The notes beneath the pieces are model-generated. The model saw only the letters and a program-made list of their open reading frames with translations. It was not told the DNA's origin and made no database searches. Below, piece by piece: positions 1 through 8,596 of a DNA stretch of 64,000 bases; the stretch's first letter is position 1; each line of letters opens with the position of its first letter. Origin of the DNA: an uncultured Clostridiaceae bacterium. GTDB lineage: Bacteria > Bacillota > Clostridia > Clostridiales > Clostridiaceae. A program made the translations under genes and the position numbers. Where the stretch lies: NCBI GenBank assembly GCA_963791805.1, contig CAWBTU010000004.1, positions 172,163 through 236,162 on the forward strand. Direction: 5' to 3'.

Positions 1-385
1 GATGAGGTAATGTCCAAAGTAAATGTCTATTTATTACTAAATCATAGGTATTGTCTGGTTCATCCAAATTTTCTGCATCGCCATAACTAAAATGAACTGG
101 TAATCCTTTCTCTTTAGCCTTTTTCTTGGCTACGCACATCATACCTTCAGATATATCTACCCCTTTAACATTGTTTCCAAGCTCTGCAAGCATAATAGCT
201 AGAAAGCCTGTACCAGTGCCTACATCAAGTATATTATTCCTTGTGTTGCCTGTTAAATTTCCAAGTGCATTTTTCCATGCTGTAGCTTCTTCTTTGCTCT
301 TTAGTCCATGAGCATATTGATTGTCATATTCATTTGCGGAAATATCCCAACTTGAAGCTATTTTCGTCTTAGTTAAAGTATTCAT
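1..385 (-). CDS. class I SAM-dependent methyltransferase (N-terminal ~128 aa; gene runs off window start)
   Basis: RC translation from ATG at 383-385 reads MNTLTKTKIASSWDISANEYDNQY...ILDVGTGTGFLAIMLAELGNNVKGVDISEGMM, containing the DVGTGTG SAM-binding motif I. Its start overlaps the stop of the upstream permease (TAATG). The six-frame ORF 126..311(+) is antisense to it and judged spurious. Confidence 0.7.
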   Translation of the reverse strand, partial: MNTLTKTKIASSWDISANEYDNQYAHGLKSKEEATAWKNALGNLTGNTRNNILDVGTGTGFLAIMLAELGNNVKGVDISEGMMCVAKKKAKEKGLPVHFSYGDAENLDEPDNTYDLVINRHLLWTLPH

Positions 386-1203
386 TAATTTATTCCTCCC
401 TGTAATCCAAATTTATTTTTTAGTGATTCCCCTAAGAAATTGATTGAAAGCATTGATATAACTATCATAATTCCAGGGAAAAGAGCTACCCACCAAGCAC
501 CTATAAGAATATCATTTTGGGCATTGCTCAGCATGTTTCCCCAAGAAGGTATTTGTGGTGGTATACCAATTCCTAAAAAGCTTAGAGATACCTCGGTAAA
601 AACTGCATGAGCGCAGTTGAATATCGCAATTACAAATATTCCTGAAAGACTATTTCGTAATAAATGATCCAGCATTATCCTCCAAGAAGGTGTCCCTAAT
701 ATAACTGCTGCTTTTACAAATTCTTTTTCCTTCAATTCTATAAACTGAGACCTTACAATCCTGGCAGTTGACATCCATCCTGTGAATCCTATAACAAGAA
801 TCATACTAACTACTCCGCCCTTTATTATGGCTTGTAGTGCAAGCATTATAATCAAACTTGGAATTGCCAGTAGTGCATCAAGTATTCTCATCATAAAACT
901 GTCAAACCAACCACCAATATAGCCACTAATACCACCAAACAATACACCAATTATAGTTGAAATTAACACCGCGATAATTGAAACGCTAAGTGATACACGT
1001 CCACCGTAAATAATCCTTGTATATACATCCCTTCCCATATTGTCTGTGCCTAAAATATGATTTTTACTAGGATGCATAAACACCTTTCCTAAATTAACAT
1101 CTACAGGGCTATAGTTAGTAAAAAAATTAGAGAACACTGATAGTAGAATTATTGTTAATAGAATTCCCCCCCAAATCTTTATTCCTCTATTCTCTTTCTT
1201 CAT
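385..1203 (-). CDS. ABC transporter permease, Opp/Dpp/Nik family (DppC/NikC-like)
   Basis: 272 aa with 6 predicted TM segments and typical C-terminal permease core (GIGIPPQIPSWGNMLSNAQ...ALFPGIMIVISMLSINFLGESL). It overlaps the upstream permease by 4 nt. Confidence 0.85.
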   Translation of the reverse strand: MKKENRGIKIWGGILLTIILLSVFSNFFTNYSPVDVNLGKVFMHPSKNHILGTDNMGRDVYTRIIYGGRVSLSVSIIAVLISTIIGVLFGGISGYIGGWFDSFMMRILDALLAIPSLIIMLALQAIIKGGVVSMILVIGFTGWMSTARIVRSQFIELKEKEFVKAAVILGTPSWRIMLDHLLRNSLSGIFVIAIFNCAHAVFTEVSLSFLGIGIPPQIPSWGNMLSNAQNDILIGAWWVALFPGIMIVISMLSINFLGESLKNKFGLQGGIN

Positions 1204-2168
1204 TTCTCAACATACCTCCTAAGCTTAGGATTCAATATCAAGGATGCTATATCAGTCAGCATTATACACAAGACCACAATAGCTCCGGATATCATAATGC
1301 AGCCCATTAAGAGAGGGTAATCCTTAGTAACTGTGGCTTTTACCGACAATTGCCCAAGACCTGACCAAGAAAAAAGAGATTCTATAACTACTGATCCTCC
1401 AAAGAAGGCTGGTATTGTTATTCCAAGATAATTAATATAAGGAACTATAGCATTCTTCAGTATTCCTCTTGTAATAAACCTTTCCTCCATGCCATTTGCC
1501 CTTGCAACCTGCACATAGTAGCTTTTACTTTCTTCCTTTATTTTTTCCTGAATAAACCTAGCATACAGTCCTACATGAGTAAGCGCCATCACTAGAGTTG
1601 GTAATATTAGATGCTTCATTTGATCTATAAATCCACCACCACCTCGTAAACTTTCTGTTCCTGAGGAAGGTAATATCTTTAGATTAACTGCAAAAAACAT
1701 TATAAATAGAATTCCAAGCCAAAAAGCTGGTATTGAACTTAATACTATACTAAAAACAGATAGTCCTCGGTCCCAAAGGGAAGCCTGTTTAAGACCACCT
1801 TTGATTCCAAGTATTATAGAAAAAATAATAATTAGTAGCATAGCGCTGGAAAAGAGCTTAAGAGTATTAGGAAATCTTTCTTTTAAAATCTTTTTTACCG
1901 GCCTGCCTTCTCTATAAGAAACTCCCATATCACCTTTGGAAATTTTACCTGCCCATTTAAAATACCTAACAAAAACTGGTTTATCCATACCATAAGAATT
2001 ATTTATATTTCGCCTTTCCACTGGTGTCAATTTTTGAGCATCAGCTCCAAACATTGCTAAGGCGGGATCTCCTGGTGCTGCATTTATTATAATAAAAGAA
2101 ATAATACTTACAAATATCAGTACTATGATGCTTTGTGCTAGTCTTTTTAGGATAAACTTACTAATCAT
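1200..2168 (-). CDS. ABC transporter permease, Opp/Dpp/Nik family (DppB/NikB-like)
   Basis: 322 aa, [27 protein letters not shown]... with an EAA-like loop. It overlaps the SBP gene end by 8 nt. Confidence 0.85.
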   Translation of the reverse strand: MISKFILKRLAQSIIVLIFVSIISFIIINAAPGDPALAMFGADAQKLTPVERRNINNSYGMDKPVFVRYFKWAGKISKGDMGVSYREGRPVKKILKERFPNTLKLFSSAMLLIIIFSIILGIKGGLKQASLWDRGLSVFSIVLSSIPAFWLGILFIMFFAVNLKILPSSGTESLRGGGGFIDQMKHLILPTLVMALTHVGLYARFIQEKIKEESKSYYVQVARANGMEERFITRGILKNAIVPYINYLGITIPAFFGGSVVIESLFSWSGLGQLSVKATVTKDYPLLMGCIMISGAIVVLCIMLTDIASLILNPKLRRYVEK

Positions 2169-3726
2169 TTATTTTCCATTCCTCAATATTCCACAAGAAC
2201 CCAGCTCCATGATGTCCAAGTGTTGTTTCTTTTATTCCATTAACCTTCTTATTTACACCATAAAGTGCCTGAAGATATGCAATGTAGTTATATGGAGGAT
2301 TATCAGAAATCTCTTGCTGAAACTCTTGATATACCTTCTTCCTTTCTTCAGTGTCTACTGTAGTTCTACCCTTTTGAAGCAACTCATCCACTTTGCTATC
2401 CGAATAAGAACCATAATTATATCCTGTTCCTCCGATTTGGCTTGAATGATAAAGCTTATAAGTATGATCATCTGCATCAAATGGACTTCCCCAACCAAGT
2501 AAAAAGGCATCACATTTTGCAATTGTAATTACACTCCAGTCAAGAGCATCAACTTTTACATCTGCTCCTATCTTTTTAAATTGAGAAGCTATATAGTTAG
2601 CCATATTTACCCTTACTTCATCAGTTATTGGACAAGTAAGTGTAAATGCTAGCTTCTTTCCATTCTTATATCTCATGCCATCTGAACCTTTAATCCATCC
2701 AGCCTGATCAAGTAGTGTTTCAGATTTTTGAAGATCATAATTATATTTTTCAACATTTTCATTTTTATATCTATTTATTTGAATTGGAGAATACGCTTCA
2801 AAACCATATCCCATCAGTATATTATCTACTACAGCTTTTCTATCTACTGCATAATTAAAGGCTTTTCTTACATTTGCATCTTTCCATAAATCAATTTTCA
2901 TATTATACATCATGCATCTGTAGTCTGCTGTTGGAACTTTGTAAACTTTTATACTATTAATCTTCTCAATCTTAGCAACCTGACCTGGCTCTAAAAATGC
3001 CATGTCTACTTCTCCAGTTTGAAGTTGTACCGCTCTTACATTCCCATCAGGAATAAATTTAAATATAACATTGTCTATTGATGCTACAGTTCCATAAAAA
3101 TTTTTGTCTGCCTTTAGTGTAAGACTTTTTCCCTTTTCCCATTTATCAAACATATATGGACCACAGCCAATAGGTTTTTGGTTGAATTCTGCTGTTTTTA
3201 CATCTTTACCTTCAAAAGCATGCTTCGGAACTATTCCTATAGTCAACTTGTCAAGTAATGGTGGAAATGTATCCTTTAGAGTAATCTTAATTTCATAGTC
3301 ATTAACTATTTCTATTGAATTAATTTCTTCAAATTCAGACTTAATCTTAGAAGCTGATTTATCGTCAAGTATAGTATTTAGAGTGAAAGCTACATCCTCG
3401 GCTTTTAACTCCTTGCCATCATGAAACTTTATTCCTTTTTTAATTTTGAAGTTATATACACGTCCATCTTTTGAGATTTCATAGGATTCAGCTATATCCT
3501 TTTGAGGTATGTTATCTTTATCAAACCTCATAAGTCCTCTAAAAATAAGACTGTCCACATTTGTTGTATCTAAAGTAGGGTTGATTTTTGCATATTCAGT
3601 TTCTGCTGCATATATCAAAGTCTTGTCTTTTCCAGAAGATTTGTCATCTGAATCCTTTGAACATCCTGTTACAAAAATTGATAGTGACAAACTAAGTATT
3701 AATATAATTGCAAGTAATCTTTTCAT
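2161..3726 (-). CDS. ABC transporter substrate-binding lipoprotein, SBP family 5 (NikA/DppA/OppA-like)
   Basis: 521 aa with lipoprotein signal [13 protein letters not shown] and family-5 SBP architecture. RBS AAGGAG lies 8 nt upstream of the ATG. Confidence 0.85.
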   Translation of the reverse strand: MKRLLAIILILSLSLSIFVTGCSKDSDDKSSGKDKTLIYAAETEYAKINPTLDTTNVDSLIFRGLMRFDKDNIPQKDIAESYEISKDGRVYNFKIKKGIKFHDGKELKAEDVAFTLNTILDDKSASKIKSEFEEINSIEIVNDYEIKITLKDTFPPLLDKLTIGIVPKHAFEGKDVKTAEFNQKPIGCGPYMFDKWEKGKSLTLKADKNFYGTVASIDNVIFKFIPDGNVRAVQLQTGEVDMAFLEPGQVAKIEKINSIKVYKVPTADYRCMMYNMKIDLWKDANVRKAFNYAVDRKAVVDNILMGYGFEAYSPIQINRYKNENVEKYNYDLQKSETLLDQAGWIKGSDGMRYKNGKKLAFTLTCPITDEVRVNMANYIASQFKKIGADVKVDALDWSVITIAKCDAFLLGWGSPFDADDHTYKLYHSSQIGGTGYNYGSYSDSKVDELLQKGRTTVDTEERKKVYQEFQQEISDNPPYNYIAYLQALYGVNKKVNGIKETTLGHHGAGFLWNIEEWKIND

Positions 3727-3958
3727 TCTAAATTACACTCCTTCATTTTTTCTTCATTGTTTTTCTCCCTTTACTTTCTATCCTTTATTCTCTTCATACC
3801 TCTCCCCCTCAAAAAAAACAAAACCACGACAATTGATATCTATTTCAGAAATCAACCTTCGTGGTTTAAACTTATTACTTATATATATTAAATTGTGATA
3901 GTATGTATACCCTCGTAGTATACATGTAGATAATACTATACAATGATAATTTTGTAAA
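3727..3958 (-). promoter_or_regulatory. structured 5' leader copy 1 (promoter + hairpin + terminator/attenuator), candidate riboswitch
   Basis: Read on the minus strand. Promoter: -35 TTTACA (3953-3958), 17 nt spacer, -10 TATTAT (3930-3935). Hairpin 1: AUGUAUAC-UACGAGG-GUAUACAU (3903-3925). Terminator: AAACCACGA...UCGUGGUUU (3821-3867) with inner stem GGUUGAU/AUCAAUU and apical loop UUCUGAAAUAGAU, then UGUUUUUUUU (3810-3820). Small uORFs (MKRIKDRK*) precede the SBP start. Confidence 0.55.
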
Positions 3959-4024
3959 CATAATTCGTAAAATTTTACACTATTTTCTATATAGTAGTGC
4001 TATTTATTTAGTATTAATGTTATG

Positions 4025-5053
4025 CTAAAAATACTCTGAAATATTTAAATCTATAGTACCGCCTCTTCTTAATTCATTTCTTAGATCAAGCATTTTGCAA
4101 TCAATTATTTGAAGTTTTTCTAGATTGCTTTTTTCTTGTGAGCTTGTTTCAATAATTTTATCTATGCCGCCATTTTTAATCACAAGTCTTTTATCTCCCA
4201 TTAGAGCTAGAATTGGATTATGAGTTGACATTATTACTATTTTTTCTTCTTTTACTAAGAGTTCTAAGGATTTTTTTCTATCAATGCCCGCATTTTCAAT
4301 TTCATCAATAAGAATAATTGGTGATGTGCTAAGTAATGCTGTATCAGCAATCATTAGTGCTCTAGACTGACCTCCACTTAATTGTGTCACAGGAGTGTTT
4401 AAGGTAAAGTCTTCTCCTGCTAAAGAATTGGCACATTCAATAATGGCTTTAACCATAGAGTCAACATTCTTAATCATTCTACTCTCTGCATGCATGGTTA
4501 TAAATTCTTCAACAGTAAGATCCATGATGAAATTCATGTTTTGTGAAAGCTGTGCAACTAATTTATTTTGCATTGAAAACCTTTTCTCCTGAGATGGAAT
4601 TTGGTTATTAACTAGAATTTGTCTTTTAGTAGGAGTATCCTTTTGTGCTAGACACTCAATATCTTCAAGTAATCTACTTTTACCAGAGCCTGTTGGCCCT
4701 ACTATGCTTATTATCTCACCTGGGTGCATTGTCAGCGTAAAGTTCTCTTTGCATCCTATTTTATCAATACCACCAATTATAGTAATTGAACTTAAAACCG
4801 CCCTATTATCAATGTTTAATAATCTCATTTCCTCTACAAAATGATTAAAACTAGCTAAAATATTTTGTCTTTCTATTGCCTTACTTAACAAAAATTCATC
4901 AGTAAGTTCACACACTATTTCTTCACAACTTTTAGAAGTATCAAAATTTATAATACTTAATTGTGAGAAAAAATCTTTAATATATGGATGATCATTAATT
5001 AATTCTATTAATGGTATAGTGGTTAATTCTCTCAAGATATCACGTTCTTTCAT
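4025..5053 (-). CDS. ABC transporter ATP-binding protein with ~75-aa N-terminal extension (atypical, not DppD/F-like)
   Basis: Walker A GPTGSGKS, signature LSGGQSRAL, Walker B ILIDEIE, H-loop STHN. It lacks the oligopeptide-ABC C-terminal domain. There is no SD before the first ATG; the internal M76 has weak GAGGAA. Confidence 0.75.
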   Translation of the reverse strand: MKERDILRELTTIPLIELINDHPYIKDFFSQLSIINFDTSKSCEEIVCELTDEFLLSKAIERQNILASFNHFVEEMRLLNIDNRAVLSSITIIGGIDKIGCKENFTLTMHPGEIISIVGPTGSGKSRLLEDIECLAQKDTPTKRQILVNNQIPSQEKRFSMQNKLVAQLSQNMNFIMDLTVEEFITMHAESRMIKNVDSMVKAIIECANSLAGEDFTLNTPVTQLSGGQSRALMIADTALLSTSPIILIDEIENAGIDRKKSLELLVKEEKIVIMSTHNPILALMGDKRLVIKNGGIDKIIETSSQEKSNLEKLQIIDCKMLDLRNELRRGGTIDLNISEYF

Positions 5054-5088
5054 ATAGTTTTTATTTTTAAAAATTAAATTTATATAAG

Positions 5089-5118
5089 TTATGCCCCTAT
5101 TACTTTAATAATAAGGGC
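5089..5118 (-). other. 12-bp intercistronic RNA hairpin between GTPase and ATPase genes
   Basis: Minus-strand AUGCCCUUAUUA-uuaaag-UAAUAGGGGCAU (one G.U pair), followed by an AU/U-rich tract 40 nt before the ATPase ATG. Confidence 0.4.
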
Positions 5119-5149
5119 ATTATGAAAAAAGGTTTGGGGGTCTAAATAA

Positions 5150-5893
5150 TTATTGAGAAGCAAGCTCTTCTTTTTCTTTTGCTGCCTCAAAATCCAAACA
5201 CATCTGCGTAACAATTTCTCCGCCGATTTGATAGTCTTTGCCAATTCTAACTTCCCCTTGGCAATATGAACAAAATGCTTCCGGCATAGCATATCTAAGT
5301 TTCTTTCCTATAAGTCCATCTACTATTTCAGCAGAATTTAAACAACGTCTACTAAACTCATAGGCACCTTGTCCAGTAATACCATTTACATTCATAACCT
5401 TCGCCTTAGGGTTAGCTTGTTTCACTCTAAGTGAAAAAACTTCTCTTTCTGCTTGAGATACAATATCTCCTTTTGTTATTGCAACAATATCCGCAAGTTT
5501 AAGCATTGGACCAATTTTTTGTGGTGTATTAACCCCAGATAAATTATCTATAACACATACAGCTAATACCTCATTAATGTGAGGAGAACACCTATTGCAA
5601 AGACCTGCACTTTCGCTTATAAGTACATCTAATTCTTGTACTTCACCCCATTTAACAAACTCTTCAATGTTGCAAATATAGTAATGGTCAGGACACAAAT
5701 TTCCTGAAAGTCCTACCTTTACTGGTATTCCTGCTTTTTCATACGTTGCATCATCATAAGTTGTTAGACAATCAAACTTAATAATTCCAACCTTTAAATT
5801 TTCTTCCTTCAAACACTCTATAGCTTTTAATATTACTGAGGTTTTACCTGAAGAAGGAGGACCAGAAACTGTAATTAATCTCAAAACAATCAC
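5150..5893 (-). CDS. G3E-family P-loop GTPase, putative metallochaperone (HypB/UreG/CobW-like)
   Basis: 247 aa. P-loop VSGPPSSGKTS, HypB-like motifs SGNLCPDH and ESAGLCNRCSP, G4 ITKGD, C-terminal CSYCQG. There is no CobW_C domain. Confidence 0.65.
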   Translation of the reverse strand: MIVLRLITVSGPPSSGKTSVILKAIECLKEENLKVGIIKFDCLTTYDDATYEKAGIPVKVGLSGNLCPDHYYICNIEEFVKWGEVQELDVLISESAGLCNRCSPHINEVLAVCVIDNLSGVNTPQKIGPMLKLADIVAITKGDIVSQAEREVFSLRVKQANPKAKVMNVNGITGQGAYEFSRRCLNSAEIVDGLIGKKLRYAMPEAFCSYCQGEVRIGKDYQIGGEIVTQMCLDFEAAKEKEELASQ

Positions 5894-6068
5894 CTTCTAT
5901 AAAATATTTTTGTAGAATTCTTAAAAATAAAAAAACCACGTAGTTAATAACTTTTCAGAAATTAACCTTCGTGGTTTGCATTTTCTAATTCTATATTTTT
6001 AATTATGCTAAAATGTACACTCTCGTAGCGCACAATTAGATACTACTATACTATTTTAAATTTGTAAA
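5894..6068 (-). promoter_or_regulatory. structured 5' leader copy 2 (same architecture as 3727-3958)
   Basis: Minus strand. Promoter: -35 TTTACA (6063-6068), 17 nt spacer, -10 TAGTAT (6040-6045). Hairpin 1: UGUGCGC-UACGAGA-GUGUACA (6013-6035). Terminator: AAACCACG...CGUGGUUU (5933-5977) with inner stem GGUUAAU/AUUAACU and apical loop UUCUGAAAAGUU, then U-tract (5920-5932). The GTPase RBS/start lies about 25 nt downstream. Confidence 0.55.
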
Positions 6069-6361
6069 TACTATTTTGTGAATTTTTACTTTATTTGTTA
6101 AATTAATTTATTCAGTTTATTTTCGTGATTCATGTTTGAGAATATAAACTGTACTCTAGAAAGCACCGATTTATATTCCTTCCAGGCCTACCCTTACCAT
6201 CATAAAATGAAAAAAAGCATTAATAAAATTGTAAATAATGGAATTTATAATTGGTGTTGCATTTAAAATAAATCCATGATACATTGTAAAATATAATTAT
6301 GTTCTTGCGCAATTACGTAATTGAGTAACTGTATAAACAAAAAGAATTTGGAGGGATTTAT

Positions 6362-7422
6362 ATGATTGACATGAGAAGTGATACATTAACAAAGCCAACT
6401 AAAGAAATGAGATCAGCTATTCATAATGTGTTAGTGGGTGATGATTGTTATGGAGAGGATCCAAACGTGAATTCACTTGAAAGTCATTGTAAAGAACTAT
6501 TTGATGTTGAAGCAGCGCTCTTTACCCCAAGTGGAACTATGAGTAATCAAATTGCTATTAAAGCTCAAGTTGAAGAAGGAAATGAAGTTATTACACACGC
6601 AAATTACCATATTAATTTTTACGAAAGTGCTTCTACAGCAATGCTAAGCAGAGCTGTACTAAATTGTACGAGAACCGAAAATGGAATTCTTGATACAAAA
6701 GATGTAGATTATTTAGTTCATTCTAAACCTAGAGGTCCACTATACTCAAAAGTTCAAATGGTAACAATTGAAAATACAATTAATTATTACCAAGGCAAGA
6801 CTTTCCCTCTAGAAAATATAAAAGAGCTTCATAGTTATACAAAAAGAACAAAATTAAATTACATTTAGATGGTGCTCGTTTATTTAATGCTCATATTGCG
6901 ACAAATGTACCATTATGTGAGTATGCGAAACATGTTGATTCCCTTAGTGTTTGTTTTGCTAAAGGACTAGGTGCCCCTTATGGATCAATGCTTATGGGAA
7001 GTGAAGAATTTATTAGCAAAGCAAGAACCATTAGAAAGCAATTTGGAGGTGGCATGCACCAAATCGGTATGTATGCTGCTGCTGCCCAATTTGCACTTGA
7101 CCACCATCTTACAGAATTAGCGAAAGATCATGAATTAACCAAGGAAATGGCTACTTTATTGAATAAAATAGATGATGTGGAAATTAACCCTGATTTAGTA
7201 GAAACCAACATGATTTTTATGAATATTAAACATTTAAAGGTTGATACTGATGATTTTGTCAAACTATGTGAGAATAAAGGATTATTAGTATTTCCCTGGT
7301 TACCAGGTGTGATTCGCATGGTAATTACTCGACATATTCAAAGAAAAGATGTATTCAATGCCTCATTGATTATCAAGGAAGTAATACAAGAACTTGCTGG
7401 TAGATGTGAACATGTTTGCTAA
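6362..7422 (+). pseudogene. ltaE: low-specificity L-threonine aldolase, disrupted by a +1/-1 frameshift in an A-rich tract (~6839-6855)
   Basis: ORFs 6362..6868 and 6988..7422 are the N- and C-terminal parts of threonine aldolase (MIDMRSDTLTKPT...VGDDCYGEDPNVN...TPSGTMSNQIA / ...LHLDGARLFNA...). The conserved IKLHLDGARLFNA is only read in the shifted frame across caaaaagaacaaaattaaatt. Confidence 0.7.
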
Positions 7423-8587
7423 ATATCGACAATACATAGTAAGTTTTCTAGTTCGAATCTTTAATTCTATAGGATTTTTTATAATATCGCCATTTCTCTC
7501 CCTTTGGTTATTGAAAGTGAAGGGACTGAATTTAAATGATACAAGTTTTATTGTAGCTTCGTTCACACTTTCTTCTAAGGCAGGGAGTGTTTTGGTAGCA
7601 GGTATTATCGATCACTTGGGATTCAAGTTAAGTATTAATATAGGGTTGTTTTTGTCCTCTCTGATTTTGTTTCTGATTACATGGACTAAGCCATATATCC
7701 TAATTGTGTTGCTCACCATTCTCCTAGGAATAGCTATCAGTCTGTATAATATTTCATTAAAGGCGCATATTTCAAATCAGGAAGATCAAGTTCGATTACA
7801 ATCCTATGCACTGTTAAACATTGCAGTGAACGTAGGCGCTGCAATGGGTCCATTAATAGCAGGAGTGATTTTTGATTGGAATCCAAAATTTTTATTACTT
7901 TTGAGTATGTCTAACTACTTTGTTGCAGGCATGATTTCCATGTTTCTACCACGAGATCAAGTTAAACCAAAGAATACTGATAAAAATGTTATCAACTTCT
8001 TAATAGAAGAGAGAAGATCTATTGAGTTTCGAATTTTTATTCGATTTATTCTCCTCTCATCCCTGTTTTGGTTTCTCTACACACAAATATTTACAACCCT
8101 TCCGATGTATTTATCTGACAATATGGATGCAAAAATTATAGGTTTGCTATTTACATTAAACTCTATCACTGTTATATCCGTGCAAGGAGTCTTTCCAAAG
8201 CTAAGAAATAATCTAAGTAGTAAAATGTGGTATCTTGTCGCAGTCCTACTGATTAGCAGCTCCTTTCTTCTATTATGGACAAGCAAATCGGTTTTTCTCG
8301 TCATGCTTGCTATAGTACTTTTTAGCATCAGCGAGATTATATGGGTACCGTCAGTAGATCATGAATTATCTTCCTTACGTGGAAGTTTGAGTTCTTCATG
8401 GGCATTTGGAATCAGTGGTGTAATTTGGGGTGTTTTTGAATCAGCGGGAAGTTACTTCGGATTAAATGTGTTTAAACAATTTGGTGATGCTACTTTTCTG
8501 ATACTTTCCTTGATTGGATTTATCATTTTTACAATATTTTTAAAGGCTTATTCTGTTGAGAAAACTCAAATACAAGAAAGCCACTAG
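7412..8587 (+). CDS. MFS transporter (12 TM)
   Basis: Hydrophobic protein of about 391 aa. I place the start at ATG 7412 (MFAKYRQ...) rather than the listed TTG at 7394. It overlaps the ltaE 3' end. Confidence 0.75.
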   Translation: MFAKYRQYIVSFLVRIFNSIGFFIISPFLSLWLLKVKGLNLNDTSFIVASFTLSSKAGSVLVAGIIDHLGFKLSINIGLFLSSLILFLITWTKPYILIVLLTILLGIAISLYNISLKAHISNQEDQVRLQSYALLNIAVNVGAAMGPLIAGVIFDWNPKFLLLLSMSNYFVAGMISMFLPRDQVKPKNTDKNVINFLIEERRSIEFRIFIRFILLSSLFWFLYTQIFTTLPMYLSDNMDAKIIGLLFTLNSITVISVQGVFPKLRNNLSSKMWYLVAVLLISSSFLLLWTSKSVFLVMLAIVLFSISEIIWVPSVDHELSSLRGSLSSSWAFGISGVIWGVFESAGSYFGLNVFKQFGDATFLILSLIGFIIFTIFLKAYSVEKTQIQESH

Positions 8588-8596
8588 GAGGATTGA

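Noticed and set aside
126-311. Six-frame ORFs antisense to or embedded in confident genes. Examples: 126..311, 2125..2445, 3104..3298, 3509..3898, 4395..4592, 5089..5292, 7128..7319, 7363..7566, 8077..8328, 9797..10027, 10663..10863, 11204..11401, 11793..12044, 13102..13368, 15050..15253, 17532..17938, 20514..20705, 25913..26116, 26323..26511, 26935..27120, 28858..29115, 30939..31181, 31275..31463, 35294..35494, 37741..37974, 38803..39039, 39328..39516, 41761..41946, 43234..43494, 45162..45727, 46305..46499, 46861..47235, 47920..48795, 50346..50570, 52544..52753, 53785..53988, 59215..59397, 60382..60576, 62599..62787, 63086..63277.
   Set aside because: Each overlaps a longer ORF with clear family signatures on the opposite strand or in another frame. 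They are low-complexity or AT-codon-biased and lack an RBS. I treat them as shadow ORFs.
3727-3810. Small uORFs in leader 1 ([19 protein letters not shown]) as a peptide-based attenuation mechanism.
   Set aside because: They lie downstream of the terminator, not overlapping it. They are not conserved in leader 2, which has only about 25 nt between the U-tract and the gene start.
3727-6068. Leaders as T-box, TPP, SAM-I, glycine or guanidine-II riboswitches.
   Set aside because: There is no AGGGUGGNACCGCG T-box sequence, no THI-box CUGAGA/ACCUGAUCUGG motif (present instead at 14672), and no S-box or glycine consensus. Hairpin 1 has an ACGAG pentaloop and a single copy, unlike the dual ACGR tetraloops of guanidine-II. 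The gene context (uptake ABC) also does not fit.
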